Source: an uncultured bacterium
Lineage (GTDB): Bacteria > Krumholzibacteriota > Krumholzibacteriia > Krumholzibacteriales > Krumholzibacteriaceae
NCBI GenBank assembly: GCA_965371515.1
Contig: CBDUYR010000008.1
Location: 1-64,000, forward strand
Direction: 5' to 3'
DNA length: 64,000 nt
Made by a program: the position numbers and the translations under genes. The notes under the pieces are model-generated. The model saw only the letters and a program-made list of their open reading frames with translations. It was not told where the DNA came from and did no database searches. This document shows, one piece after another, positions 7,527-17,729 of this stretch; the stretch's first letter is position 1, and each line of letters begins with the position of its first letter.

Positions 7527-9326
7527 TCAGTTCAGCGTCTGTTCGCGCTTGTCGACGATCCTGGCGTCCTTGCGCAGCTTGTCGTACCAGAGGGCGAGGA
7601 AGCGTGACTGGCTCTCCTGCCTGAGCTGCTGGATGAGCGCAACCCTCTGTGCGGCCAGCTCGGACGGCTCTCCGAGCGACCTGTCGATGACCTGCATGAC
7701 GAACCATTCGTTTTGGCCCTTTACGGGAGGTCCGATCCTGCCGGTCTGCAGCTCATACGCGGCCGTGGCAAATCCCGTTCCCATGCCTATCTCGGGGATG
7801 GACGAATCGATTTTGAAGGGGGGCGTCTCGGTAACAACGAGCTCGAACGAATGGGCGGCCGCCTCGAGGTCGCCTCCGGTAACGGCCATGGCGCGGAGCT
7901 CCTTCGCCGTCTCGAGAGCGGTGTTCTCTTTACGTTTCGCCCTGATCCTTTCTACCAGCTGCGGCCTTACCTCTTCGAGCGGCATCGTCGATTCGCTGAT
8001 GATCTGTATGATCTCGACTATGTATATGTCCTGCTCGGTCTCCATCGTACTGCTGATCTTGCCGATATCGTTGTTGAATGCGAAATTCACGAGGCGCGGA
8101 AGATAGCCGTGATCCTTGATGAACGACCCCTGGACGAAAGGTTCCGGCTCGGTGATCTCCAGACCGAAGTCGGCGGCGGCTGTGAGGCCCTTGTCGATGA
8201 TCGCCTCCCGCAGGTCTGTAAGCAGTGTCCTCAGCGAATCGATCGTGTCGTACCCGGGCTCGACCCGCATCAATATGTGGCTCGCCCTGACTTTTTCCTC
8301 GCCTTCCTCGACCGTCTTTTCTTCCGTCCTTACGAGGTGGTATCCGAAAGTCGTCCTGACCGGCTCGCTGATCTCTCCGGGTTCGAGCGCGAAGGCCGTC
8401 TCGGTGAAGAGGGTGTCCATTACGCCGCGGCTGAAGAATCCCAGGTCGCCGCCCTTCTGTGCGGTCATGTGATCGTCAGATTCCTGCCTGGCCGCTTCGG
8501 CGAAATCGAGACCCGCCAGTATCTCGGCGCGAAGCTCGTTCATCCTCTCGAAGACGTCGATCTCATCGAGGTCGGTAGGGGCCTTCTCGATACTGACCAT
8601 CCTGATAGCCCTCTTCTCGGGGGCCTTGAAGTCTTCCCGTTTTTCCTCGTACAGGGCCTGTATCTCGGTGTCGGTCGGCTCGTACGGCGGATCTCCGTCG
8701 ATGAACGGGATCTTTACGTAACGGACTTTTATCCTCGTGTTCTGCCTGTTGAACCTGTCACGGATCTGTCTCTCCGAGACATGCACCTGCGACGAGAGCA
8801 TCGTCTCGAGCTTGAGTTCGGGGAGGACGGAGCGTCCCCATCTCTCCAGTTCTATCCAGTCCGCATCGGGATTCGAAAGGGCCTGCAGGTATGCCTGGTA
8901 GTCGAAGTTGCCCTCTTCGTCGGAGAACATCTGTCTCAGGGTGGGATGGGGATTCCGGCGGAGGAACGAGACGAGTTCGCCGTCGGTGACGGTGATCCCG
9001 AGTCTCTCGATCTCCCTTGCGATGATCGTTTTCTGGATCATCATCTCCCAGGCCTGCTCGCTGAGCATGTATGACTCTGTGCTGCTCAGCCTGAAATCCT
9101 CTCCGCGCTGCATCTTCAGATTCTTGTACAGCTCCTCGAAATTAGAGCGGTACATCTGCCTGCTGAGCTCGATACCGTCGACCGAGCCGAGCACGTTGCT
9201 CACTTCGTCCGGTCTCCTGCCACCGCTTCTCTGGTTCATTCCCCAGACGGCGAATATGGAGACGACGAACGCCACCACGACGACCCACAGGATCGTTTTC
9301 GTGTTTTCCCGCAACTGTTTAAGCAT
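7527..9326 (-). CDS. ppiD: PpiD/SurA-like membrane-anchored parvulin peptidyl-prolyl isomerase
   Basis: N-terminal MLKQLRE + TM anchor; SurA_N region; parvulin motifs FAEAARQES, GGDLGFF, GEISEPVRTTFGYHLV, RASHIL. Confidence 0.85.
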   Translation of the reverse strand: MLKQLRENTKTILWVVVVAFVVSIFAVWGMNQRSGGRRPDEVSNVLGSVDGIELSRQMYRSNFEELYKNLKMQRGEDFRLSSTESYMLSEQAWEMMIQKTIIAREIERLGITVTDGELVSFLRRNPHPTLRQMFSDEEGNFDYQAYLQALSNPDADWIELERWGRSVLPELKLETMLSSQVHVSERQIRDRFNRQNTRIKVRYVKIPFIDGDPPYEPTDTEIQALYEEKREDFKAPEKRAIRMVSIEKAPTDLDEIDVFERMNELRAEILAGLDFAEAARQESDDHMTAQKGGDLGFFSRGVMDTLFTETAFALEPGEISEPVRTTFGYHLVRTEEKTVEEGEEKVRASHILMRVEPGYDTIDSLRTLLTDLREAIIDKGLTAAADFGLEITEPEPFVQGSFIKDHGYLPRLVNFAFNNDIGKISSTMETEQDIYIVEIIQIISESTMPLEEVRPQLVERIRAKRKENTALETAKELRAMAVTGGDLEAAAHSFELVVTETPPFKIDSSIPEIGMGTGFATAAYELQTGRIGPPVKGQNEWFVMQVIDRSLGEPSELAAQRVALIQQLRQESQSRFLALWYDKLRKDARIVDKREQTLN

Positions 9327-9472
9327 CTGGTGCTACCCTGTCCTTTCGAAACATGTCGAATACTCAGAAATCATTCAGTCATAATCCATTAAACTAGCAA
9401 ATAAGATGTCTGCTTGCAAATATTTTAACGGCGTTGACAGCGTTCGCGCGGCGGTGGTAATTTCCACGGGAC

Positions 9473-11737
9473 ATGTCGGAAAAGAGATCCTGGAATAAGT
9501 CCCGCAGCCGGTCATTTGCCCGGCTGTTCGCTGCCGCCGTCCTGGCGGCGCTGCTGCTTCCCGCGGCATCCCCAGGTGCGCGCGGCGAGGTCTACCTGTG
9601 GCCCATGCACGGCAACAGGCGCCTCAGTTCCAGCTTCAGCGAATACAGGGCCGGCCACTATCACGCCGGGATAGACCTGCGCTCGTACGGGGCGGTCGGG
9701 CTCCCGTGTCTCGCCGTGTCGGAAGGACGGGTCGTCAGGGTGAAGGTCGGAGCCGCCGGGTACGGGAAGGCGCTCTACCTAAAGCTCGCCGACGGCCGCA
9801 CGGCGGTCTACGCCCATCTCGACCAGTTCGACAGGAGGGTCGACTCCCTCGCCTGGCATTACAGGGTGCAGAGGGAGACTAACTGGTGCGACTTCCGGCT
9901 GCCGGACGGTGCATACACCTTCGAGGTCGGCGATACGGTGGCCTTCTCCGGCGAGACGGGGACGGTGGCCCCGCACCTGCATTTCGAGCTGCGAGACGAG
10001 GCCGGGAGACCGGTCAATCCCCTCGTCGACATCTATACACTCTCCGACAGTGTGCCGCCGATCGTCTCGGGTCTCGAGATCGTTCCCCTCGGCCGCGGAA
10101 GCGTCACGGAGGAGGGTCCCCTGCCCCTTGTCAGGCAGTTCAGGGCGTCCGGGTCGTCGCGGTTCATAATGCCCGATATCATTCATCTCGACGGGGAATT
10201 CGGTTTCGCGATCTCCACATGGGATGAGCAGGGGTACGGGAGGTACAGGATGGCGCCGGTCTCGATCGAGCTGGCGGTCGATGGACAGATACTCTATACG
10301 GCAAGAAACGAAGGCTATTCATATACACAGTCGGGCGAGATAACGGCCGAGTACGATGTCAGGGGAGAAGGGCCGGCGAACCGTTATCTGAGACTCTGGC
10401 CAGTCCGGGGAGGCACGAGGACCGACAGGTCCGGTCCGGGAATAGTACATACCGGGAAGAGGGAATCCGGGGTCGTCCTCCAGAAGGGGCTCCACGTAGG
10501 GCTCCTGACGGTCAGGGACGCTTCGGGAAATTCCTCGAGCGCAATTTTCCATTTCGCACTACACGATTTTCCCATGATTACAACGGCGCGAAGGCTCGAG
10601 GCCGCGGCGGAGGTCGTCGTGGCGGCCGTGGACCCGGACGGCGGCGATGTGATCGTCAGGCTCTTCGAATCCTTCGACGGGGGGGGTGCCTGGAATGCGC
10701 TCGCAATCGAGCGCGTGGGGGAGTATTTCAGGGCGGCGGTGACCGATCGTGCCGGAGCGGTCTACAGGGTCGACGCGGTCGATGATGAGGGCGCCGTGGT
10801 CAGCCGATGGTTCGCCTCGCCGCAGGTCTCGGCGGAGAGGGACATGGTCTTCGCGTCGCTCCTTCCGGGGACCTTCGATGAGGGAGTCTGCCTCCATGTG
10901 AAAGCCGATGCCGTTCTTGCCTCGATGCCCGGGATAGCGGTGGGGGAGGACAACCCGCTGTCCGTCTATCAGACGGGCCCGGCGGAGTATATAGCGATTG
11001 CCGGAAACGAGGCATTCGGCCGGGGCGACGCGGTCTTCACATTCTCTGGTGTTGATTACAGGGGTTTCCCGGTCTTTGCCGCGAAAGCCTCGAGGATATT
11101 CGCGCTGCGCTCTGGCGACAGCGCCCGGTTTACCCTCTCAGATTCGATCGACGCAAGGATGGAAGCGCCTTCCCTTCGCGGGACCACACCGATCAGGATC
11201 ACCGAGGTCCCGATGCGCGGGCCCGCCCCCGTGGGGCTGACCCCGGTCAGCGGGCCTTTCGACCTCGATTTTCCGATGGAGAACCTTTCAAAACCGATGA
11301 GGCTCCACTGCGAGCTGGACAGGAGAACGGGGCTCTTCATCTGGAAGGAGAAGAAGGGGTGGAAATGCGTTGGTGTCCCGGCCATGGATGGCGGGTACAT
11401 ATCGGTCGGTAAACCGGGCAAGTATATGTTTTTCAGTGACGGTATTCCGCCCGCGATCGAGCATGTAGCGGTGGAGAAGAGTCACGAGGGAAGCGGATTC
11501 TTCAAACCGTATTTCTGTGCAGTCCCCGTTACCGAGGAGGGGACCGGCGTTGATCCGTGGGCCGCCGAGGCCTGGCTCGGGGGAGAGAGGGTAGTCTGCG
11601 AGTGGGACGGGTTCAGAAAGAGGCTCGTCATCCCCGTACCCGCGTCGTTTTCCGCGGGCCATACAGTACTTTCCGTTGAGGTCAGCGACCGCGCAGGAAA
11701 CAGAAGTGTCGGCGAATTTGGATTTGTGTTAGAATAA
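9473..11737 (+). CDS. Secreted M23-family metallopeptidase with long C-terminal extension
   Basis: Signal peptide; HYHAGIDL (HxxxD), YAHL and PHLHFE (HxH) motifs. Confidence 0.85.
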   Translation: MSEKRSWNKSRSRSFARLFAAAVLAALLLPAASPGARGEVYLWPMHGNRRLSSSFSEYRAGHYHAGIDLRSYGAVGLPCLAVSEGRVVRVKVGAAGYGKALYLKLADGRTAVYAHLDQFDRRVDSLAWHYRVQRETNWCDFRLPDGAYTFEVGDTVAFSGETGTVAPHLHFELRDEAGRPVNPLVDIYTLSDSVPPIVSGLEIVPLGRGSVTEEGPLPLVRQFRASGSSRFIMPDIIHLDGEFGFAISTWDEQGYGRYRMAPVSIELAVDGQILYTARNEGYSYTQSGEITAEYDVRGEGPANRYLRLWPVRGGTRTDRSGPGIVHTGKRESGVVLQKGLHVGLLTVRDASGNSSSAIFHFALHDFPMITTARRLEAAAEVVVAAVDPDGGDVIVRLFESFDGGGAWNALAIERVGEYFRAAVTDRAGAVYRVDAVDDEGAVVSRWFASPQVSAERDMVFASLLPGTFDEGVCLHVKADAVLASMPGIAVGEDNPLSVYQTGPAEYIAIAGNEAFGRGDAVFTFSGVDYRGFPVFAAKASRIFALRSGDSARFTLSDSIDARMEAPSLRGTTPIRITEVPMRGPAPVGLTPVSGPFDLDFPMENLSKPMRLHCELDRRTGLFIWKEKKGWKCVGVPAMDGGYISVGKPGKYMFFSDGIPPAIEHVAVEKSHEGSGFFKPYFCAVPVTEEGTGVDPWAAEAWLGGERVVCEWDGFRKRLVIPVPASFSAGHTVLSVEVSDRAGNRSVGEFGFVLE

Positions 11738-11759
11738 GCGGCCGGGAGGTAGAGGCAGA

Positions 11760-14700
11760 ATGGCCGGCGCAGGTTTTCTTCATCTTCACAACCATTCGGA
11801 GTACAGCCTTCTCGATGGAGCGCTTCGTATCAAGGACCTCGTATCCACCTCGGTGGACATGGGGATGAGTGCCGTTGCGCTCACCGACCATGGCAATCTC
11901 TTCGGCGCGATACCTTTCTTCCGCGAGGCGAAGGCGGCGGGGATCAAGCCGATAATCGGCATGGAGGCCTATGTTGCCAGGGGCGGCCATACTCAGAAGA
12001 CGGCCCTCCGGGGCCAGGCGAAGAACGAGCATCTTGTTCTCCTCGTCAAGAATGAGACGGGTTACAGGAACCTGCTCGAGCTTTCGTCGATCGCGTATAC
12101 GGAAGGCTTCTACTATAAACCGAGGATAGATCTCGAGCTCCTCGAGAAGTACGCCGAAGGCCTTATAGGACTTACCGCCTGCCTTCAGGGCTCGATCCCG
12201 AGGCTTCTCAGGGACGGACGCAGGGAGGAGGCGGCCGGACTTGCGAAGAGGCTCGCCTCGATCTTCGCGCCGGGCGACTTCTACATAGAGCTGCAGAATC
12301 ACGGTATTCCGGAGGAGATCGAGCTGATCCCGAAACTCGTCGAACTGGCACGGGAGCTCGACCTCCCGATCGTCGCAACGAACGACTGCCACTTCTGCAT
12401 GGCGGATGACCATGAGGCGCACGATGTCCTGCTCTGCCTGCAGACGGGCAAGGACCTCGATGATCCGGCGAGGGGGATGCGCTCACACCCGGAGACGTAC
12501 TTCAAGTCTCCCGAAGAGATGCAAAGGCTCTTCGCCGATTATCCCGAGGCACTGTCGAACACGCTGGAGATCGCTGAGAAGTGCGATTTCGAGCTGACAG
12601 ACAGGGGGACACAGCTTCCGATCTTCCCGATACCCGAGCCGTATGAGAGTCCCGAGGAGTATCTCGGTCATATCGTTGACGAGTATCTCCCGAAGCGCCT
12701 GCACGAAGTGACAGCAGAGGTCCGGGAGAGGATCCGGTACGAGCTCGATGTGATCAACAAGATGAACTTTGCCGGATATTTCCTCATCGTCTGGGACATC
12801 GTACACGCGGCCAAGAAGATGGGAATTCCCGTCGGGCCGGGAAGGGGATCGGCGGCGGGAAGCCTCGTCTGCTACACCCTCGGCATCACGAATATCAACC
12901 CACTCGAGCACGGCCTTCTCTTCGAAAGATTCTTAAATCCAGAGCGTATCTCAATGCCGGATATAGATATAGACTTCTGCGACGATAAGCGTCAGGAAGT
13001 CATCGATCATGTCGTGGAAAAGTACGGCAAGGAGAACGTCTGCCAGATAATCACATTCGGGAGGATGGCCGCGAGGGCGGTCATAAGGGATGTCGGCAGG
13101 GTGCTGAAGATCCCATACGGCGATGTCGATAAATTCGCCAAGATGATTCCGTCGGTGCCGGGCACTACCCTGACGAAAGCGCTCGAGTCGGTATCAGAGA
13201 TGAGGGAACGCTACGACAGCGATCCACAGATAAAGCGCCTCGTAGACCTTTCACTGCGTCTCGAGGGGCTGGCCCGTCACGCCTCGACTCACGCCGCCGG
13301 GGTCGTCATAACACCTACGAGGCTCGTAGACCACGTCCCCCTCTACCGCTCGACCAAGGGCGAGGTCACCACGCAGTACGAGATGAAGATCCTCGAGAGC
13401 ATCGGCCTGCTGAAGGTAGACATCCTCGGGCTGAAGACACTCTCGCATATCGAGAAGACACAGGCCCTTATTAAGGAGCACGAGGGCATCGAGATCGATA
13501 TCGACAATATACCTGTCGACGACCCGGAAACCTTCAAACTCCTCGGCAAGGGACGCACGGTGGCTCTTTTCCAGCTAGAGTCCTCTGGTATGAGGGATCT
13601 CCTGCGCAGGATCGAACCGACCGTCTTCGGCGATATTACCGCTATCAACGCTCTTTACAGGCCCGGCCCGCTCGGAAGCGGGATGGTGACCGATTTCGTA
13701 GAGCGTAAGCACGGGCGCAAGAAGATCAAGTACGACCACGAGCTGCTCGAGCCGATCCTCAAAGAGACGTACGGCGTGATCCTCTATCAGGAGCAGGTCA
13801 TGCGCATAGCGAGCGATATGGCAGGCTTCACGCTCGGACAGGCCGACATACTGCGGCGCGCGATGGGGAAGAAAAAAGTCAAGGAGATGAAGAAGCAGCG
13901 CCAGGCCTTCATCGAGGGGGCAGTCGATCGCGGCATCCCGCAGAAGTCTGCCAAGAAGGTTTTCAAGCTGATGGAGCATTTCGCCGGGTACGGATTCAAC
14001 AAGTCGCATTCTGCCGCGTACGCTATGGTCTCGATGCAGACGGCCTACCTCAAGACCCATCACATGGCGGCCTTCATGGCCGCGGCGATGACGAGCGACA
14101 TGGGAGACACCAACAGGCTGGTCGTGCTTCTCGACGAATGCAGGAACCTCGATCTGCTTGTTGACCCGCCCGACATCAATTCGGGCGGCACAAGCTTCGG
14201 ACTGGCCGGCGGCGCGATAACATACGGGCTCGCCGCTATCAAGAACGTAGGCGAGAAGGCGATCGGAGGTGTTGTCGAGGAGAGGAAGCAGAACGGTCCG
14301 TTCCGTGACCTGTTCGATTTCTGCGACCGAATAGATCTGAGGCAGATCAACCGCCGCGTCATCGAGAACCTTATTCAGAGCGGGGCGACGGATTGCCTTC
14401 CCGGCAGGAGGTCGCAGAAGATGGCCTCGCTGGAACGGATCATCAAGCACGCGCAGCGGAGACAGGCGGAGAAGGACAATAGGCAGGAGATCCTCGGCTT
14501 CGGCGACGGTTCTCCGGAGTGGGAGACGGTGTCGCTCGACGACGTTCCCGCATGGGATGACAGCGAACGGCTTCACAGGGAGAAGGAATCGCTCGGATTT
14601 TACTTCTCCGGACATCCCCTAGACAGGTATCGGGATTTATTGAGGCCGCTTCTGTCGGTTGACAGCACGACACTGCAGGACAAAAAGGACAAGGAGCAGG

Positions 14701-15191
14701 TCATCCTTGTCGGTATGGTCATCAATCGGAGGGTGATCAACGACCGCAAAGGTCAGGAGATGGCCTTCGTCACGGTGGAGGATTTCAACGGTTCATACGA
14801 GGTGATTGTCTTCGCCAGCTCTTTCCGGACGAGCCGGGAGAGGCTCGAGAAGGACAACCTTGTCGTTATCCCGGGGAAGATTACGATCAGAGAAGGGACC
14901 GAGGCGAAGGTGATCGCCGACAAGGTCTACACGATAGACGAGGCTCTGAGGTACTTGACTCGCGCGGTTCATCTCAGGGTAGAGGGAGAGAAGCTTGGTG
15001 ACGCTGAGCTCGAGAGGCTGAGGAACGCCATATCACGCTACGCGGGAGAGAAACAGGTGGTGCTTCACGTGAAGCTCAACGGAGACGGTGAGAGGAAAGT
15101 CAGGCCGAGGACTATGGGAGTCTCTCCCGGCCTCGAGTTGATAGGAGAACTGAAGAAGATATCGGGGGTGGAACATGTGGAAGTCTCGTAG
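11760..15191 (+). CDS. dnaE: DNA polymerase III alpha subunit
   Basis: PHP HLHNHSEYSLLDG, GPGRGSAAGS, MPDIDIDF, YGFNKSHS, C-terminal OB fold. Confidence 0.98.
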   Translation: MAGAGFLHLHNHSEYSLLDGALRIKDLVSTSVDMGMSAVALTDHGNLFGAIPFFREAKAAGIKPIIGMEAYVARGGHTQKTALRGQAKNEHLVLLVKNETGYRNLLELSSIAYTEGFYYKPRIDLELLEKYAEGLIGLTACLQGSIPRLLRDGRREEAAGLAKRLASIFAPGDFYIELQNHGIPEEIELIPKLVELARELDLPIVATNDCHFCMADDHEAHDVLLCLQTGKDLDDPARGMRSHPETYFKSPEEMQRLFADYPEALSNTLEIAEKCDFELTDRGTQLPIFPIPEPYESPEEYLGHIVDEYLPKRLHEVTAEVRERIRYELDVINKMNFAGYFLIVWDIVHAAKKMGIPVGPGRGSAAGSLVCYTLGITNINPLEHGLLFERFLNPERISMPDIDIDFCDDKRQEVIDHVVEKYGKENVCQIITFGRMAARAVIRDVGRVLKIPYGDVDKFAKMIPSVPGTTLTKALESVSEMRERYDSDPQIKRLVDLSLRLEGLARHASTHAAGVVITPTRLVDHVPLYRSTKGEVTTQYEMKILESIGLLKVDILGLKTLSHIEKTQALIKEHEGIEIDIDNIPVDDPETFKLLGKGRTVALFQLESSGMRDLLRRIEPTVFGDITAINALYRPGPLGSGMVTDFVERKHGRKKIKYDHELLEPILKETYGVILYQEQVMRIASDMAGFTLGQADILRRAMGKKKVKEMKKQRQAFIEGAVDRGIPQKSAKKVFKLMEHFAGYGFNKSHSAAYAMVSMQTAYLKTHHMAAFMAAAMTSDMGDTNRLVVLLDECRNLDLLVDPPDINSGGTSFGLAGGAITYGLAAIKNVGEKAIGGVVEERKQNGPFRDLFDFCDRIDLRQINRRVIENLIQSGATDCLPGRRSQKMASLERIIKHAQRRQAEKDNRQEILGFGDGSPEWETVSLDDVPAWDDSERLHREKESLGFYFSGHPLDRYRDLLRPLLSVDSTTLQDKKDKEQVILVGMVINRRVINDRKGQEMAFVTVEDFNGSYEVIVFASSFRTSRERLEKDNLVVIPGKITIREGTEAKVIADKVYTIDEALRYLTRAVHLRVEGEKLGDAELERLRNAISRYAGEKQVVLHVKLNGDGERKVRPRTMGVSPGLELIGELKKISGVEHVEVS

Positions 15192-15948
15192 GTCGTTTGT
15201 CCTGTCTCTCTCGGTGATCACGGCGGTGATGCTGACCGCGGGCGGTGCGGGAGCGCAGCTGCTCGAGGACCTCAAGGTGGTGTCGACGCCGACGGCGGGG
15301 CTGATCGGGCACGGATCGTATATGTTCGAGGGCAGGATCGGCCCGGGCAACGATCTCCTGTTCGGCATGGGTGTCGGGTTTCACGACAGGCTCATGGTCG
15401 GTATGTCGTTCGGGCTCCAGAACTTCATCGGAAAGGGCCAGATCGAGGCGAACAACCTGCCCGGTTTCCAGCTGAGACTCAGGATGATCGAGGAGGGTCT
15501 CGCCGGGCCCGCGCTCGCCATCGGGATCGACACACAGGGAGAGGGGCGCTATGACGATGACGATGAGAGATACGAGCGGAAATCGCTCGGTGTCTATGCC
15601 GTAGTGAGCAGGAATTTCGACGCCCGCATCAACATAGGCCTGCACGGCGGAATAAACTATTCATTCGAGAACCGGGACGAGGACGGCATCGACCTCTTTG
15701 TCGGCACCTCCTTTACGATCATTCCGGGACTGACGCTGCTGCTCGATTACGACGCGTGTTTCGACGACGACAATGCCCACGTCGCAACAACGCGGACTAA
15801 GGGCAAAGGGTATCTCGACTGCGGGATCAGGTTCGATTACGGAGAGAACCTCAGGATGAGGCTACTGTTCAAGGACCTTCTAGGGAACTATATGCCGGAG
15901 AGCGGCGTGGCCCGTTCGATAGAGATCTTGTATATAAACTGGTTCTAG
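15175..15948 (+). CDS. Outer-membrane beta-barrel protein (YjbH-like)
   Basis: Signal peptide, STPTAG motif, alternating beta pattern, C-terminal aromatic (YINWF). Confidence 0.6.
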   Translation: MWKSRRSFVLSLSVITAVMLTAGGAGAQLLEDLKVVSTPTAGLIGHGSYMFEGRIGPGNDLLFGMGVGFHDRLMVGMSFGLQNFIGKGQIEANNLPGFQLRLRMIEEGLAGPALAIGIDTQGEGRYDDDDERYERKSLGVYAVVSRNFDARINIGLHGGINYSFENRDEDGIDLFVGTSFTIIPGLTLLLDYDACFDDDNAHVATTRTKGKGYLDCGIRFDYGENLRMRLLFKDLLGNYMPESGVARSIEILYINWF

Positions 15949-15988
15949 ATCGGTCCCGCGGTGAAGCGGGCCGGAAAGATGTGATCGG

Positions 15989-16942
15989 ATGGAACAGAGC
16001 GACGCGAGGATCCTCGAATTCGAGAAGCCGGTCTACGAGCTCCAGGGTAGGATCGACCGGCTCAAGAAGGAGGGAAAGGCCTCAGCCGGCGAGATAGCCG
16101 GCCTCGAGCAGCGGCTCGTCGACCTCGAGGGAAAGGTCTACAGGGAACTTTCCGCGTGGGAGCAGGTCCAGCTCGCCAGGCATCCGATGCGGCCGACGGT
16201 CGTCGATTACATCAGAATGATGTGCGAGGAGTTCGAGGAACTCCACGGGGACCGACTTTTCAAGGACGATCCGGCCATGGTCGGCGGGATCGCCTCGATG
16301 GGCGGCCGCAGGATCATGATCGTCGGTCACGAAAAGGGTCGCAGCACGAGGGAGAGGCTGTCACGGAACTTCGGGATGGCCAACCCTGAGGGATTCAGAA
16401 AGGCGCTGCGGCTGATGAAGACCGCCGAGAAGTTCGGAATGCCGATACTCTCGATCGTCGATACCCCCGGCGCATACCCCGGTGTCGAGGCTGAAGAGAG
16501 AGGCCAGCCCAGGGCGATAGCCGACAACCTGCAGCAGGTATTCGATATAGATACGCCCATCGTCGTCGTGATAATCGGCGAGGGGGGCAGCGGGGGAGCG
16601 CTGGCGCTTGCCGTCGGAGACAGAGTGCTGATGCTGGAGCATTCGATATATTCAGTGATCTCTCCCGAAGGGTGCGCCGCGATCCTGTGGAAGAGCAGGG
16701 AGAAAGCTCCCGATGCCGCGGAGGCTCTGCGGCTCACCGCCGGGGACTGCCTCAAGCTGAAGGTGATAGACAGGATAATCGATGAATCCCGCGGGGCGGC
16801 CCACAGGGACCCCGAGGGTACCGCTCAGCGCGTCCGGAGCGAGGTCCTGGCCGAGCTGGAAGGGATCGAAGCCCTCCAGCCCGATCTTCTGCTCGAACGC
16901 CGCAGGCAGAAATTTTCCGAGCTGGGGGTCGTCGAGGAGTGA
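15989..16942 (+). CDS. accA: Acetyl-CoA carboxylase carboxyltransferase alpha
   Basis: LEFEKP, ARHPMRP, ELHGDR, DTPGAYPG, GEGGSGGA, YSVISPEGCAAILW. Confidence 0.97.
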   Translation: MEQSDARILEFEKPVYELQGRIDRLKKEGKASAGEIAGLEQRLVDLEGKVYRELSAWEQVQLARHPMRPTVVDYIRMMCEEFEELHGDRLFKDDPAMVGGIASMGGRRIMIVGHEKGRSTRERLSRNFGMANPEGFRKALRLMKTAEKFGMPILSIVDTPGAYPGVEAEERGQPRAIADNLQQVFDIDTPIVVVIIGEGGSGGALALAVGDRVLMLEHSIYSVISPEGCAAILWKSREKAPDAAEALRLTAGDCLKLKVIDRIIDESRGAAHRDPEGTAQRVRSEVLAELEGIEALQPDLLLERRRQKFSELGVVEE

Positions 16943-16967
16943 CAGGGAGCCCATGATGATTATCGGC

Positions 16968-16997
16968 TTGACCTGAAGGCCTGATATTCCTTATAAT
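16968..16997 (+). promoter_or_regulatory. sigma70-like promoter
   Basis: TTGACC (16968-16973), 18 bp, TATAAT (16992-16997). Confidence 0.6.
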
Positions 16998-17126
16998 TAT
17001 AGAGCCAGCTTAAGGAGCGGGGAGCGATAGTCCCCGCTAAAAAAGTGCTTCTGTGCTGCAGGTCCCTGATGGGAAGTTGGAGATTTCCGTCTTTGTCAGG
17101 GATTTTTCTTTAGGGGGAAAAGGACG

Positions 17127-17297
17127 ATGGTCAGACAGGATCTGCTCGATATTCTTGCCTGTCCCCGCTGCAAGGAAAAGGTCATTCTCAGCGAGGACGG
17201 CGGATGGCTGATCTGCGAGAGCTGCGCAGTGAAATATCCCGTGGAAGAGGATATTCCCATAATGCTCATCGAGCGCGCAAAACCTCTCGATGACTGA
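17127..17297 (+). CDS. Trm112/YcaR (UPF0434) family protein, 56 aa, not in the ORF track
   Basis: Hand translation MVRQDLLDILACPRCKEKVILSEDGGWLICESCAVKYPVEEDIPIMLIERAKPLDD; LLDILACP and YPVxxxIPIML signatures; purine-rich RBS upstream. Confidence 0.9.
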   Translation: MVRQDLLDILACPRCKEKVILSEDGGWLICESCAVKYPVEEDIPIMLIERAKPLDD

Positions 17298-17318
17298 TTC
17301 CCCGCGGAGGCACAGTCC

Positions 17319-17729
17319 GTGAGCGTGTTCACTCATTTTGCCGCCGGAGCACTTGCCGGCGCGCTTATTGCAAATCCGATCGCGGCTCCGTTCGTCGGTC
17401 TGAGCAGTCACCTGCTGCTCGATATGATACCTCACAGGGATTTCGAGGATTACCGTCTGGAGATTGTCCTGTGGGTCATCTCGATGATCGTCCTGTTCGC
17501 CGGCGGGGCGTACAGCATGGCCATAGTTCTGTGCGGACTCTTCGCCGTCCTTCCGGATTTCGAGAACCTTCTCTGGAAGACGGGAAAGATCCGTGACGAC
17601 CAGAAGATATTCCCCGGGCACAGGAAGGGACTTATCAGGCATGGAAGAAAGACCGGAACGTGGAGCATCGTTCTGCAGGTCGCATTCACGGCGGTTGTCA
17701 TCGTGTGGATGATCAGGAGGAACGGATGA
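17319..17729 (+). CDS. Small membrane protein with metal-hydrolase-like His/Asp motifs
   Basis: THF..GA, SHLLLDMIPH, LPD motifs; hydrophobic. Confidence 0.6.
   Translation: MSVFTHFAAGALAGALIANPIAAPFVGLSSHLLLDMIPHRDFEDYRLEIVLWVISMIVLFAGGAYSMAIVLCGLFAVLPDFENLLWKTGKIRDDQKIFPGHRKGLIRHGRKTGTWSIVLQVAFTAVVIVWMIRRNG

Noticed and set aside
11760..15191. Intein or split dnaE
   Set aside because: Length and motif spacing are normal, with no insertion visible.
17058..17080. SRP RNA helix-8 resemblance (CAGGTCC...GGAAG)
   Set aside because: It lacks the GNRA loop and the AGCAG strand, and no long enclosing helix is evident.
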